This document shows positions 33,832 to 46,655 of a DNA stretch of 59,117 nt, one piece after another (the first letter of the stretch is position 1; each line of letters begins with the position of its first letter). The notes under the pieces were generated by a model. It had not been told where the DNA came from. It saw nothing but the letters and a program-made list of their open reading frames with translations, and did not search any database. Source of the DNA: Xylographa opegraphella. Taxonomy: Eukaryota. The DNA is taken from contig JALDZX010000061.1 of NCBI GenBank assembly GCA_022813865.1, forward strand, positions 62,001 to 121,117. Reading direction: 5' to 3'. Made by a program: the position numbers and the translations under genes.

Positions 33832-36800
33832 GGTTCCGATTTTCGTGGTCTGAGAGGGGGCATTGGAATGTCAGATCGTCATTCTTCCGGGACTCTGACC
33901 ATAACAAGCACTCACAAATTAATCCCTCGCTTCAGGATGTTGGGGACTGCCGCGCTATTATTCTTTCTTCTCAATCGTAGTTATTTCGGTAATCGAATAG
34001 CATAGGAGAGGACACTCTTGTTGCAAAGAGATATATTCGATGCAGGACCAGAGGTGGCAAGGAGTGACTGGACAACAGATCTGGATTTCCAAATCTGTCT
34101 AATACTGGTACTGTAGGACAAAGATCCAATGGGAGTCCGGGATAAGGTGTTCGAGAGTAGCTGAAAGATTAATAAGAGGACAGAGAGGCACGGCGGCACA
34201 GGCCAAAAGAGTGACTGGAAGAACTTCGCAGCGGCTGATATGCTGATCAACGGATGTCGAAATACCCTCAGGAAAGATTGGCAAATGGAAAAAAAGATAG
34301 ACAAGAAAGAGGCGGAGGTCTCGATAAGACGTCGATAGAGAGGAACAAACGAGAAGGAAAGACGGGCGGGTAAGAACCATGTATGTACGAAAAGAGAGCA
34401 GCGGCACTTCGCAGGCCACCTAGACGAGAGAACATAGTGCGAGACTAGCCTGCGACCTGCAAGCCTGCAAGCCTGCAAGCCTGCACACCCTTTCACTACC
34501 GTATGCCCATGCACTGAGCGATGAGCGTCGAGCGACGGAACGACGATGATGACTCGGGACTGTGGCCAAGACTGGGCGCAGCTCTGGTGCCGTTCCAGGA
34601 TTGCTGAGTGGTAGAGTCTTCTGCATTGGCTGGGATCCAGGCGTTGTGACCAATGGCTATCCCGGCCTTTCCTCCCCCCCGGACGGACGCCATCGCCCGC
34701 TGAAGCCCTCTGATCCTGCTCCCTAGTGCTGAACGTCCTGCTTTCGTTGCTCAAGCCGACGCCAACGCTACCTTACCTCTCTTCGAACGAAATGCCACCC
34801 CAGACATCATCGACCCCAGCCCTCGCCATCGATAGAGCGGCGAGGATCGAGTTGTGCACAAAGCAGAAATGGGCGCACTCGACGGACGCACAAAGAGAAG
34901 GGTCGGCGAATGTCGACGGGAAATTGCGACCGTCATCCAGCATTGCTTCAATGCACCAGCGCCGAGCGGCAGAACGCCTGCTACGACGACACAGTCGTGG
35001 GTGGGCCGGAACGACCTTTGACTCGTCCGCGCAAGTGCGCACTGCGCGGCTTAGCTCGTCCAAAGCCGCTTCCATCTCAGACCCTCCCTCCTTCTGGCTC
35101 CCCAAGCGGCAACACGCATGCTGCGTACGGATACCAATCACGTCGATCCATTCAGCTCACCAGGCACAACGCTTACCACCTTGAGCGAACGGCGAACGCG
35201 ACCACGAAACGAGTGTCGAGCACACCGAGGTGGAAGGCAAGCTGCTTGTGAGTCCTGGAACCGCGAGGCTTCGGTGCTCAAGCCTGTATTTGCAACGACT
35301 GGATACCATGTCGACGAGAGGCGCCTGGACTAAAGCTACATGCTCAGCGGAGGCGACCCACGCTCGTGGCTATTCTACAGCTGTCAATCTAAATGGCTGC
35401 CCAGCACACACACGGTTTCCCGAGAACGCCTATCGATACGACCCCGTTGGTGGAGGATCGACAAATTATCGATACGAGATTCGGTATAATAATGGCGGCG
35501 GGTGGGAACAATTGGAGTAACATTGCAAGGAACAGTTCCGCCAGTCTCCATTATTCCTCGCCCACGGGCAGCAATAATATCTTGCTCCGATCGCAGCGCC
35601 CAAGGGTGTAGGATGAACGCCTCTATGTGATAGAATCATGAATCATCTGTGACTTTGTCTGCCCGCGACTCGCCCACTGTCATTCCCAGCGTCCACCACC
35701 ACCAACGGACACGCTTTGTTCCTTTTTCTCATGCCGTTGGGTGGTAAGACCCATCAAGTTGGCAGGACGTCGACGCAGGAATCGCGCATTGATTATTGAT
35801 TATGGCGGGCGCATCCATCTATCTGCAATGCTTACTCGTCACCTTCTCACCCGCCCATAGGCCCGCCGAGAGCCAAAAATGTTTCTTCTTGGGTGGGAGA
35901 CCAATGCGGCGCATAAATGAATCATTGCAGCCAACCACCACAGCTTCACACCACCACATCCGTTTCTACACACCCACTAAAGCAGATGCCATCAATCATC
36001 GTGTTGGTCTGAGGTGGGACGAATGTTTGCAAAGCACCGTGTCCTCTCGAACTGAACACGCGCCGTCCGCGGCGACGAACATCTCGGTCGCTCACCGACC
36101 GCCCCTCGCCATGTCCACGTCTTGTCATGCACCTTCATCTAAATTCATCAAACGGTCCATCACTCATCCGTCCTTGACAGTGTCGATTAGTGGCGAAGAG
36201 CATGGATTGATGGGCACTCGTCTACACGAGGCCCGCAGGACCCGTGGGCCGGCCTACGAGTCGAGAGCTATGAATAGAGTCCTTTCATGCGAAGGCCAAA
36301 GGACCGGGTAAAAGCAGCGTGGCCACCAACTCGCCGCCCTAAGCGGGCAGTGGAAGCATAAAGTGCTATGATGCAGTCGCGTAATCCATCACAATGCATT
36401 TATGCATCCCAGGCTTGGCCACTAAACTCTTCCGCACAAGGGCACTGGCCCGCTAACGCAGTTCGGACCGGGCGAGGCATTTACCCAATGGACGAGGCTT
36501 GCTGGTGCGGGACTCAGGATGCAGGTCGGACCTGACGCTAACGCAGGAACGATGCAGGTACAAGCACGCTTTGAATCTTGACTTTTCGTCGGCCCAAGAG
36601 AGTCTCGCACGCGATGGATGTGCGAATACGGCGTCGAAAAGGCCACGATGTGCTGCACGAGGAAGCACAACAAATGTCGGATGACAGGAGTCGACATCGC
36701 ACGCTACTCCCCATGACGAGTCTGGCATCCAGCCGGCCTCCAACTAAAAAGCAACAGTACACGTTTTCTTGGACACCCACCCACAGCTGCTATCACCACG

Positions 36801-39694
36801 CCGCGACACGATGGCGTCAGCCCGGCAAAGCCGTTCACAGCAGCCGAAACTGGCCTTCTCAGTCCTTCGCAAGCCCCCCCAAACCGGACGCCCAAAGCGT
36901 TCTAGCGGATCCGCGACCTGAGGGGGTCCTTTCCTGACCGATGAGGCAGCCGACAACGCCCGTTTGTCCACTTGCTATTTCCCCAAAGGCGTCGCCGAAG
37001 CATGGTCGGCCCTCTCCCGCCATTCCGCTTCGGACGAGTCGGGGAAATTGAAGTTCGATTGCGATAAGCCGCCTATCGTGGAAGGGGGCGTTGGGACGGA
37101 TCGATGGCACAGCACACGGCCCGCCATCCTGGACGTGGGTCTTTGGACACGAGTGTCAGAAAAGCACCGGCGGTCAGCCACTTTTCACGGCCGAGACAGA
37201 CGCCCACTTTTTTGATGCTCGGATACATATGGCGTCTTGCCACGAGGCCACACGGCACGCCCGATGGGGTGGATTTCATGGGAAACTCTGCATTTGGCGG
37301 GCTGGGTGTCAGTCTCCTTGTCGAGGAGAAGCGGGGGAACCTGAAACGCGAGGCCAAACAGCCGGCAGGTGGGACGAATGCAGCATGACTGAGCTCATCG
37401 GAAGACATTCATGGTCAAGACCCATCACGGACGTGAGATCGGCGATTATTCGAACTCATGACTACGACAACGGACCGGCTTCACATCCTTCCCATCCTGA
37501 CTTCGTTTAAACACTTGACTTTCCTCAACCTTTCACCGCTAAAAAGTCCGCCAGTGGCCTATTAGCTCGCGGGGTTCCGGGTCGGGGAACTCTAACCCAA
37601 AGCGTGCTTGGAGAGAGCTCATCTCCACCAATCACGTCCAGGAAGTGAAACGCGCTAGAAGGACTGATGGCGGCCGCGGCCCACGGGGGGCAAGCTTCCA
37701 CAACTTCCATCAAATATCCTCCCCCCAAAGATCTGCCCGATGCCCTTTTCGAAGTCGAGATAAGCATCGTCCAATCAAAGGGCGCGCGAATGGGGGGTGC
37801 ATGAATGGGATGCATGGGCTCTTTTCGAAAGGCGTCGAAGCGAAGGCGGCCGCGGAGTCGGGTCGTGCCTCCCCAGCGTACATACTTTTTGACTACTTTT
37901 CCGACGATGATGCTTTTTTTTTTCTTTTCTTTTCTTTTTCGTTCCGTTGACAAGGGGCTTCTTTTCTGGTGCGGGCTCGGTTCGATGGGATTTCAGGTGC
38001 GTTGTCTTGCATCGAAATATTATCGTCCCGATCCTAAAACCCTCCGAATTTCGGTTGGCGTGGTGTTTGGGCCTCGTGGGAGGGTTCGTGAGAAGTAAAA
38101 GTAGTCTGGGGGTCTTCACATGTCACGGAGACCGGTAGCGTGTCTCGACCGCGTGGGACGCCTGCAGTATCCTAGGTAGGTAGGTACCTTAGTGTTCCTA
38201 GCGGACTGGGCAAAAGAGAGGTTCAGAGCCACGCTGAGCGCAACTACCACGGTAGTAAAAGAGGTCCGCGTGCATCACGCTCGGCCTGCTCCTTCTAGAC
38301 ACTACACAGTTCCTAGTCCCCATCCAACCCTCCTGATCAGCCCACCGAAAACCCCCCATCGTCAACGCGGAAGTCCGCCCACCCGCCTGAGAGAAAGAAA
38401 CGTGCCCGCCCCACCCAGCCGTGCTGTCGCGGAAGCAAAAAAATCGAAAAACGCACCCCCGTGCATCATGCACAAGCGAAACCCCGATCCTGCACTCCGT
38501 CCGAGTGGCCCTCCGGGTCGTGGCCGGGTGGGGGAAAACGCTGGTGAAACCGGTCGAGAGGGAGAAGAGGGAGGGTGAGCTTCGAGAGTTTCGTGGACCA
38601 TGGGGGTTGACGGTGGGGAGGACGGATTGCGGAGGGAGCTGTTTGTGTGATGTGATGTGAATGTGAATGTGATGTGAAGGTGAAGGGGTGTGGGAGTGGC
38701 ATGCCTACCTAGACGTTGAATACTGTGACCTACCTACCTACCTAGGCACCTTACTCCCAGGTAGCTTACCCTCCCTCCACCACCACACGCTCAACCAACC
38801 CTCCCTCCCTCCCACCATCTGATTCCTGAAGCGAGCGTAATATGTAAAACCCCCCCCTACCTATCCCATCCCATCCCATCACTCTCTCACTCTCCACCTT
38901 ACCACTCGGCGATGATATCAGCGACGACGACGACGACGACGACGGCGGGGGGTGGGGGCCTCCTCCACTTCCCTCCCGACCGAGAGGCGTGGTTCTGAAA
39001 CGCGCCAATCGCCGATTTCGCTACGTCCCTAAGGTGCCTCGTGAGTTTGATCTGCCTACTGTGTGGTATTATACTACAGTAATGCCCCTCTTCAGCAAGG
39101 GAGGACGTTTGTAGACTTCCGAAGCATGGAGCACAGAACTATGCACTACGTAAGGTAGGTAGTCAGTAAAAACCCCACGACCTGACCTCGTGCCCCGAGC
39201 GGGCAAAAAGAGGATGTGAAGCATGTATCGGATGAGGGTATAGACGTCTCTGACTGTTGTCCATTATTTGCTTAAAAAACTATTTATATAGAGAGAGCGA
39301 GATATGTGTATGTAGTTCGCGAGACTCGTAACAGGGCGGCGGAGGACATGCGGGGATGCGTTTGTATTTGTTGGCCGTGGCTGATGGTAGACTACCTTAC
39401 TGTACTACGGATTCTTGGGACCCGGAGAAGGATCTGATGGAATGGAAGCTCGCTCCCACTGTGTTCGCGTTCCGTCCACCACAAGCGCCCTGGGGGCTTT
39501 CGAAGCCGTTAATGCTTTCCCCCCGCCTTCCGCTCCCGCGACTGTCGTCGAAAGACGAGGTCCGCTCTCGGGGCCTTGCCCACCATCATCCATGAGCTAT
39601 CGATAATCGTGACCGTTGGAACACCGCTGCGGGCGTGGATTTGTCCGCGGTGGGATCTAGTATCCCATCAGCACACCGTCTCGCTTGGAAGTGA

Positions 39695-39800
39695 GGTCGA
39701 CGGAATGGACACCGTATACCACGGACAGCGGTGCCGAATTGGAGGGTCGACGGAATGGACACCATATACCACGGACAGCGGTGCCGAATTGGAGGGTCGA
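39695..39800. repeat. 50-bp tandem duplication
   Basis: GGTCGACGGAATGGACACC(G/A)TATACCACGGACAGCGGTGCCGAATTGGAG at 39695-39744 and 39745-39794 with one mismatch, followed by GGTCGA. Confidence 0.95.
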
Positions 39801-41278
39801 GTTTTGTGCAGTAAATTCATGCAAACATGTGCTCGTTTGGAGACAACGGTGGGAGATGGTCACGACGCTTCAGAACGTGTCATGGCGAGATCATCTGCCC
39901 GAGGGCAATCATCCTCTTCCTATTATAACGTTTGATACGAGGTATCGTTCATCACGAGCGCCGAGACCATGGAGTGCGTGAAGGGGAGAAGGCTGGGTGG
40001 GGGGGGTGGTAAGGAGATGTGAGTCTTACCGGGAGGTTGGTTTGGGGTGTGGGTAGTTTAGATACTGCCCTGGTTTTGCGCCGCGTGGAGGAACTGATGT
40101 ATCGATAGGCGAGACCTATAGATCTTCAACCCGCCGTGGCTGTATACGCTGCATAATAACCCATCTGCACGATGCAGCGTCGTCAACGGTCCTGCTCAAA
40201 GCCGGGTCCGGAGCACCAGATATCGACCGCGGCGATGTTCCACAGCGCCACTCCAGACGCCATGCTTTGCCGGTATCTAAGATCAACGACTGTGGATAAT
40301 TAGTCCAGTTGGATGTTGTTCCCAAGACGCAATGTGGAAGACATGGCTCGCGTGGATCGAACTCCCGAGTGTCTCGGTTCCGTTCCATCGCTGATACGGC
40401 TTTGCCAAGTCGATTCAAGACCGGCTAGATAGATATCGCTCGTATATGAAGGTTTGTAAAGCAAACGAAACAAGCACTGGGGAGCCGTACATGAGCTTCA
40501 CATGGACGAAGTGCTGTAACGACATTGCACAGCTCAGTAAAACGCAGCCATTCGCGGACCAGAATACTGAAACAGATGATGCTCATTAAGACCACAACCG
40601 TAACGCAGACAAATTCACGCGGATAAAAAATATCAGAAACCGATCCACATAGCCAAACCCACGTCGTCAAGGAGGGAAAAAAAACCATTGACCATGTCCT
40701 CACTACCTTAGTTAGCGCCGACCTCGGCTGACTCATCCACCTCGGCTAAATCTCCACATATAAAATCTTCCGCACGCTCCCCATTTTCTCTTTTCCTCCT
40801 TCGTGCGGCGGCGCGACCATAACACCCGTGTTGCCTGGACATCTGATCTCCGTGATGTATCCCAAGTGTCGGTCGCGCCACAGAGGAACGATATTGCACG
40901 TCGCTCCTTTCCTCCGTCGTTTTCCTCGAACGCTTTTCTACGGCGTGGAAGACTAGGGGGACGGGAGCGAACAAAATAATGCTGGAGAGTGGATTCTTTG
41001 CTGGATATTCTACTGGGGCGAAATCATACGCTATGTCGTTGGAGAAGGTTGGGAGGTGCTTGCGCCGTGTTATTCGAAGCTTTTGCGCTGATAGAGATAA
41101 TTGAAGGGGATTTATCTGCTCTGATTAAGACAACCGATGGGAATCTACTTGCTTTTGATCAAGACATCCAATGGAAATCTATCTGCTTTGATTGCAGCTA
41201 TCGGTTTCTTCGTCAACCAATCCTGCACAGGTCTATGGATACCTAGACGCCCATTCTATGCATAGTATTCGTCATTCG

Positions 41279-42446
41279 TCACTCTCCCGGCTCATCCCCG
41301 ATCTTTGTCAGCTTGCCCAGCTCCCTCTTTTCACCGCTCTCTCCAATAACTCTCAGGCGATCCACCCGTACCTTGTCTGCACTACCATCACCATCCACTA
41401 CGAATACAACCATCGACGACACGTTCTGGAATTTGACAAAACGCAGCTCGACCTTGGCGGTCCCCGTCTTCTCATCCCAATCCTGTGGTTGCAGCTTTAC
41501 GGCCTGTGTGGCAGGCAGGTCTTCGGCTTCCTCGAAACCCAGAACATGTGCCCGATTCGAGTAGATTTGTATAGTCTTCGGCCTCATAGGACCCGTAAAG
41601 TTGCCCGGTGGAGGCAAGGAAGTGATGTGCAGTGAATGTACCTTGAGCGTTGACTGGAAGGGAATGTAGAGCATGAGCTGCTCGTCCGTGTCCGTCTCCA
41701 CCCAGTCCTTGCCACTCTCCTTATCGTCCGACTTTGACTTGCCCTTCCCAGCCTCCAAAGCCGATGGTTTCGCTCCCTCAAATAGTGTTCTGGAAGTCCC
41801 AAACCCACTATCTGCATTCAGCAGATCTAAGCCACGCACGTCCACCTGATCCGTGACATCGCTGTACCCTTTGGGAAGGCTCAGGCCTAACCATCTCGCG
41901 CCACTGGACTCTCCAAATCCACCCGCCGCAGCGGAGCCGTCCGAGTCCGCTTCGGCAGCGAGCTTCTTGACTGCTTCGGAGAGCTTCTGGGGGTTGGCCC
42001 CACGGATCGTGTCGACGATCTGTTGATTTTTGAAGATCATGAACGTGGGCATCCTACGCATGCTTCCGTCAGCTTCCACATTTCTCCCCACGACTTTCGG
42101 CCGGACAACAGGGGGGAGGCTTACGCGGTGATGCCGTAGGTCTGAGCAATCTCGGTCTGCTGATCGACGTTGACTTTCGTAAATGTGACTTTCGACGGCC
42201 GCGACAGCTGGGCGGAGAGCTGCTCGTAGATGGGCGCGATCTGCTTGCATGGGCCGCACCAGTCGGCGTAGACTTCGTGAGGCTGCGGTCAGTTATGTGG
42301 TCTCTTGGCAGGATCGGAGTTCCCACGGTTGCGGGGGGGAGGGGATAGGTTAGAGGGGCGGAATTACAGTCTGTGACCACGACTCTTGACGACCCCAGCA
42401 GGGCGTTGAACTCGCTCGCGGAGCTGATGTGTTTGGTTTGAGACAT
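41279..42446 (-). CDS. TXL1: Thioredoxin-like protein with C-terminal PITH domain (Txl1/TXNL1 type, ~333 aa)
   Basis: Exons 42446-42368, 42272-42125, 42053-41279 (1002 nt). Splicing gives DFYADWCGPCK and ITAMPTF. PITH motifs D.DEQLMLYIPFQSTLKVHSL, P.TIQIY.NR, LRFVKFQNVSS. Confidence 0.92.
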
Positions 42447-43155
42447 GACGGCTCTCTCAGGTGTGAGTGAAGGTGCTGGAGAATTTGATATGGAGTGGCC
42501 AATTGAGGCTGATAATGGGAAAGTCTTGGCGGCTGTAATCGGCGGCATCCAATCCCATGGGCCTATTCTACAGTAGGTGCCCACCGATGCTATAAATGTC
42601 GTCTTCTTAGCGCCTACACCAGCAAGTCCTCTTAGCGGCTAACTTCTATTCTTCCTCTTGAGGCTCAAAAGCAGTATTTTATTCATCAAATACCCATCGA
42701 CCTTTCCGGAGGCGAGGCTGAAACCCACCCGTGCAAACAATATATCTGTGCAGGGCCACTGGCCTATAAGGACACAGCAGAAGCGAGAAACATCCACACT
42801 CTGTATGCATTGCCACGGAGTACCTGCTGGATATTCCTATCAAAGTGCCTTGTTTGTCGCTCCGATGACCCCGCTTGAGGTATCTGTGGAAAGGGTCATG
42901 CAGGAGATTTCTCTATAGAGAATGTGTTAGCTCTATCAAGGCCGAGATTCCTATTTCTATTGCATGCTTATTATGGGATCCTCTCCTATCTCCCTGATAG
43001 AAACAGAACATAAAAAGCGCTCAATGTACTGTTGATATGTTGCAATCCACGCTGCAGTGTACAAAGTGTTCTCATTCGATTTCGATCTTGTAGTCTACCA
43101 CAACTCTCCAAAGCTCGGCACTATTTCCTGATACTTTGCTTCCTACTTACTCATT

Positions 43156-43938
43156 ATGGCCTTCATTATACATATCTTCTATCTTCTCTTCATCCCGTGG
43201 CTTGTGACTGCGCAGTCAGACTTGGTAGACTCGTCAGCATCAGATCTTGGAATTCTCCAGCTAGTGACGCCAACCACCCATGCTAATCAAGTTGCCATCA
43301 CCGCGGTACGAACCTTACCAACCCATCACCCTTCTCCACATTCTCCCCTTATCTCCTTCCTTACTGACCTCCTTAAGCTCGCTACTCTCACCACCGACGC
43401 ATTCAGCTTCTACAAGGCGTATACGCAAGTCGACACCTTCCAGTTCATCTCCGCGCAGATCCTGGCCATCGAGTCCCTACCCCCAAGCTCGAAAGCCATT
43501 CTAAACGCCGGCGAGTTCAACCTGGATGAAATCTATTACGACGGCCCCACGTCCCTTCTGAGCAATCCAACTTCCTACCTCAGCCGGCTCCACGCGTCCG
43601 TCTCGGCGTGGCCAGCGGACTTTTCCGCATCCGTCATGTCGCAGGCTTCCGGCCTCCTGCTCGGCTACGAGTCTCTCGTCAGCCAGGACGTGCTGAGCAA
43701 GAACTCTTCCTCTGGGCCCGTGACCCCGGGGATGAGTCTCTCAACGGGTCCTGCGATGACCAGCGCCTTCGCTACCGGTGCGGGGATGGGGGCTACGCAG
43801 ACGGCGCAGGGATCGGGCCCGGCAGCGACTTCGTCCCCGTTCAAGGCGGCAGGCGTGCCGATGGTGACGGCGAGTCCGCTGCTGCTGATCAACGCCGCCG
43901 CGGTTGCGGCGGGCGTGGTGGCGGTTGCTTTGTTATAA
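43156..43938 (+). CDS. Putative secreted GPI-anchored Ser/Thr/Ala-rich protein
   Basis: Hydrophobic N-terminal signal peptide, S/T/A/G-rich C-terminal half, hydrophobic tail (LLLINAAAVAAGVVAVALL). Probable 72-nt in-frame intron 43306-43377 (GTACGA..ACTGAC..AAG). Confidence 0.8.
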   Translation: MAFIIHIFYLLFIPWLVTAQSDLVDSSASDLGILQLVTPTTHANQVAITAVRTLPTHHPSPHSPLISFLTDLLKLATLTTDAFSFYKAYTQVDTFQFISAQILAIESLPPSSKAILNAGEFNLDEIYYDGPTSLLSNPTSYLSRLHASVSAWPADFSASVMSQASGLLLGYESLVSQDVLSKNSSSGPVTPGMSLSTGPAMTSAFATGAGMGATQTAQGSGPAATSSPFKAAGVPMVTASPLLLINAAAVAAGVVAVALL

Positions 43939-44698
43939 TGAGGGGGATATCGAGCGAGCGCCATGGGAACGGGGAGGGTGGGCGCGTTGGCGTGTCGACG
44001 CAAAAGGGTCGTTCGAACATCGAGTTGCTTTGCTCAGTTCTTGGGAGTGTCTTTGGGCTTTGATATCGAGCGCTTTTCATGTCCGGCACCATGTCTGTTT
44101 TTGTAAGAGTATCTGTCTGCGCCGCGTGGGCTCTCTTGCCGTCCTCTACGATTTGTTATCTTTAAACAAGCGGAAGAGTGTCTCTATGTAATCCACGAGA
44201 ACTGTGACTTCCTCCATCATTATCATATGGCAAACAATCCTCAGCACACCCTCCAGCGTTAAGCGCAGTCTGATCACCCCCTGGACCCTCTTCGAGACCA
44301 CGGATCTTGGATCGACATTGGAGGCTGGGTGGGTGGAGGGTGGAGAGACAGGTGTGGGAGAGGCGAGACTTGTGTTGGCGCTTCGTGGGGAGTGGATATC
44401 TATCTATCTCGGAAGGATATCGATGGACGTGGATCCATGTACATGATCAGAGTAATTATAAATATCATAGTGATCAAATTGCACATCATGTCAGATACTT
44501 GACAGTCTATGGAGAGGATGGGTGGAAAAAGAGGATTCTGTTCGGTTGAGGTGTGCTACCAAGAATAATTTCAACAAGCCTCAGGCAAGATATGTCATGT
44601 AGAGCGAGCTGGCCTTCGGCGATTGCAAGTAAGATTTGAAGGCCGCAGAGTGATCCCCAGTATCTTGACTGCAGATAGGAATGGATATTAAGAATAAG

Positions 44699-44776
44699 CA
44701 AGCGATGATTTAGGACAAGCGATGATTTAGGACAAGCGATGATTTAGGACAAGCGATGATTTAGGACAAGCGATGA
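44699..44776. repeat. 17-bp perfect tandem repeat (~4.6 copies)
   Basis: Unit CAAGCGATGATTTAGGA at 44699, 44716, 44733, 44750, partial at 44767. Confidence 0.97.
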
Positions 44777-45795
44777 AGGTAGTCTGTTCGGAAGCGATTT
44801 ACATGCACATTCCACAGCAACAAATAGCCACAAAAGGTGTCTCAGTACTGTCTGACGAGTAGATGGAAGGGCTCCCACGAAACCATGAACCCGTATCTCG
44901 CCGCCATCCGGTCCTCACGTACTCAACTCCAACCAAAGCCTCTTGTTTCTTACCTTCGGCGTGTGCCATCCTCCCTGACACAACTCTCCCCTTTGGATTC
45001 TTCAACAGGCCAGCCACTACCTCACATATCACTGTATTTCTCCATTTCCTTCAACCAAGTCACGGCAACCCGTCATGTCTGTCTGTATAAAAAGTCCCGC
45101 TTCCCCTACCAACAAAAGGGAGCAGGGTGGAGAAGACACGGTCCTGCTAAGTACCTATGCTTGTCTACCACTGGCTGTAAGAAGTATGCCCCCAGACCAT
45201 GAAGCTCGTAAGAGGGTCGGGAGGTAGGCAAAGCCGTGGGGGTTATGTGTTGGATGAGAAAAATAAGGTACAGAGAGGGATGTAAAGTTGTAAGGCAGGA
45301 GGACTGTGCTGTGAAGAGACGGTTGGTAGAAGAAGGCGATTGTCTGGCAGAGATACTTAAGTAGAAATGCACGTCGAAGGACCACCGCTTGATACGTATG
45401 ATCGCAGAGAGCTCGGTATTGTACTGTGCTGGATCTTGTCAGTAACCGACTAAAAGCACAAGCCAACATTTCAATTCTTGGGAGGGCTCAATATCGGACC
45501 ATGCCGAGCTGCCAAATGCCATATCTACCAGGGCATTTGACTTTACTGCATTTCAATCAATCTTCACGTTGTTGGGGAAATAACGAATCGACGTGAAGGG
45601 AAAATTTGAAAGTGCACGCTTGCCTCAGTAAAGTTAAACTCCGTTACCGGGTAGTTCTAACGGGACCTAACGATAAATTTTCACATTAGCAATTTGAAAA
45701 TTGATTGTTGATTTATTATGTTACGAGCTTGTTTTTTAATCTAATAAATAAAAACGTTATTTAATTTAAAATTTTCAATTATTAAATAAATTAAT

Positions 45796-45855
45796 TGTTG
45801 AATTTAATCACTAGGCACAGGGGTTTTGGCAGCAGATAGCAGTGCATTGCTTAAT
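45796..45855 (+). mobile_element. 5' part of LTR family A (truncated by assembly gap)
   Basis: TGTTGAATTTAATCACTAGGCACAGGGGTTTTGGCAGCAGATAGCAGTGCATTGCTTAAT is identical to 52603-52662 except at base 2. Confidence 0.88.
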
Positions 45856-45964
45856 NNNNNNNNNNNNNNNNNNNNNNNNNNNNNNNNNNNNNNNNNNNNN
45901 NNNNNAAAAAATTAAAAAATTAAAAAATTAAAAAATTAAAAAATTAAAAAATTAAAAAATTAAA

Positions 45965-46655
45965 AAATTTTGTGGTTGTAAAATAAAAAATTATTATAAT
46001 TATTGAACGAAAAATTCTAATAATTATTAAAGTAAAAATTATCGTGGTCGCGAAATTTAATATTATTACAATCATAAAATTAAAAAAATTTAAATTGCGA
46101 AATTAAATGTTTTTTAATCGCGAAAGGTAATATTATAATAATCGTAAAATTTAATACTATTTTAATCGCGAAGTTAAATATTATTTTAATTATAAAATTT
46201 AATACTGTTTTAATCGTAATATTAAGTGCTATTTTAATTAAAAAATTAAATACTGTTACGGCTCATCAACTTACCACACAAACACACCTAGAACGTAAGC
46301 TTTAGATAGACAATTTTAACCCAGATTAAGATGGAAAAGCGATGAGGCTGCTCCATGGGCAAGACTATATACTCAAGGTGCTAGTCCTGATCCAGCCCGA
46401 CCCCTATTACTTGTGACTGATGTCATAATTGTCACAAACACCATATTATTTACGGAATTTAAACCATATTAATTATAAAATTAAATACTATTTTAATCGC
46501 GAAATTAAATGCTATTTTAATCGCGGAATTAAATACTATTTTAATCGCGATTTCAAATATTATTTTAATTAAAGAATTTAATATTATTTCGATGAAAGAA
46601 TTTAATATTATTTTGATGAAAGAATTTAATGCTATTGTAATTACAAGATTTAAAT
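45965..46655. repeat. Degenerate 24-bp tandem array interrupted by a solo LTR
   Basis: Consensus ~GCGAAATTAAATACTATTTTAATC repeats with 24-bp period on both sides of the LTR at 46254-46436; clearest at 46120-46250 and 46475-46640. Confidence 0.8.
46254..46436. mobile_element. Solo LTR family B (183 bp, Gypsy-like TGTTAC...GTCACA ends)
   Basis: GC-normal island with TG...CA termini. 5-bp TSD AATAC (46249-46253) / AACAC (46437-46441) differ by one C>T. First 11 nt (TGTTACGGCTC) are shared with 59020. Confidence 0.88.

Noticed and set aside
33981..41000. Many 60-257 aa ORFs upstream of SEB1
   Set aside because: Overlapping in all frames with no evident codon bias, domains or consistent splice structure; expected in GC-rich non-coding DNA.
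45906..45969. (AAAAAATT)8 as a RIP-mutated telomere repeat
   Set aside because: Unit is 8 bp, whereas RIPed TTAGGG would give 6-bp TTAAAA; it adjoins an assembly gap, so its length is unreliable.
45965..46655. 24-bp array as a degraded ice-nucleation-protein (AGYGSTLT-type) repeat
   Set aside because: The position that should be Ser reads act/gct/acc, which cannot derive from Ser codons by C>T/G>A; Tyr is not supported either.
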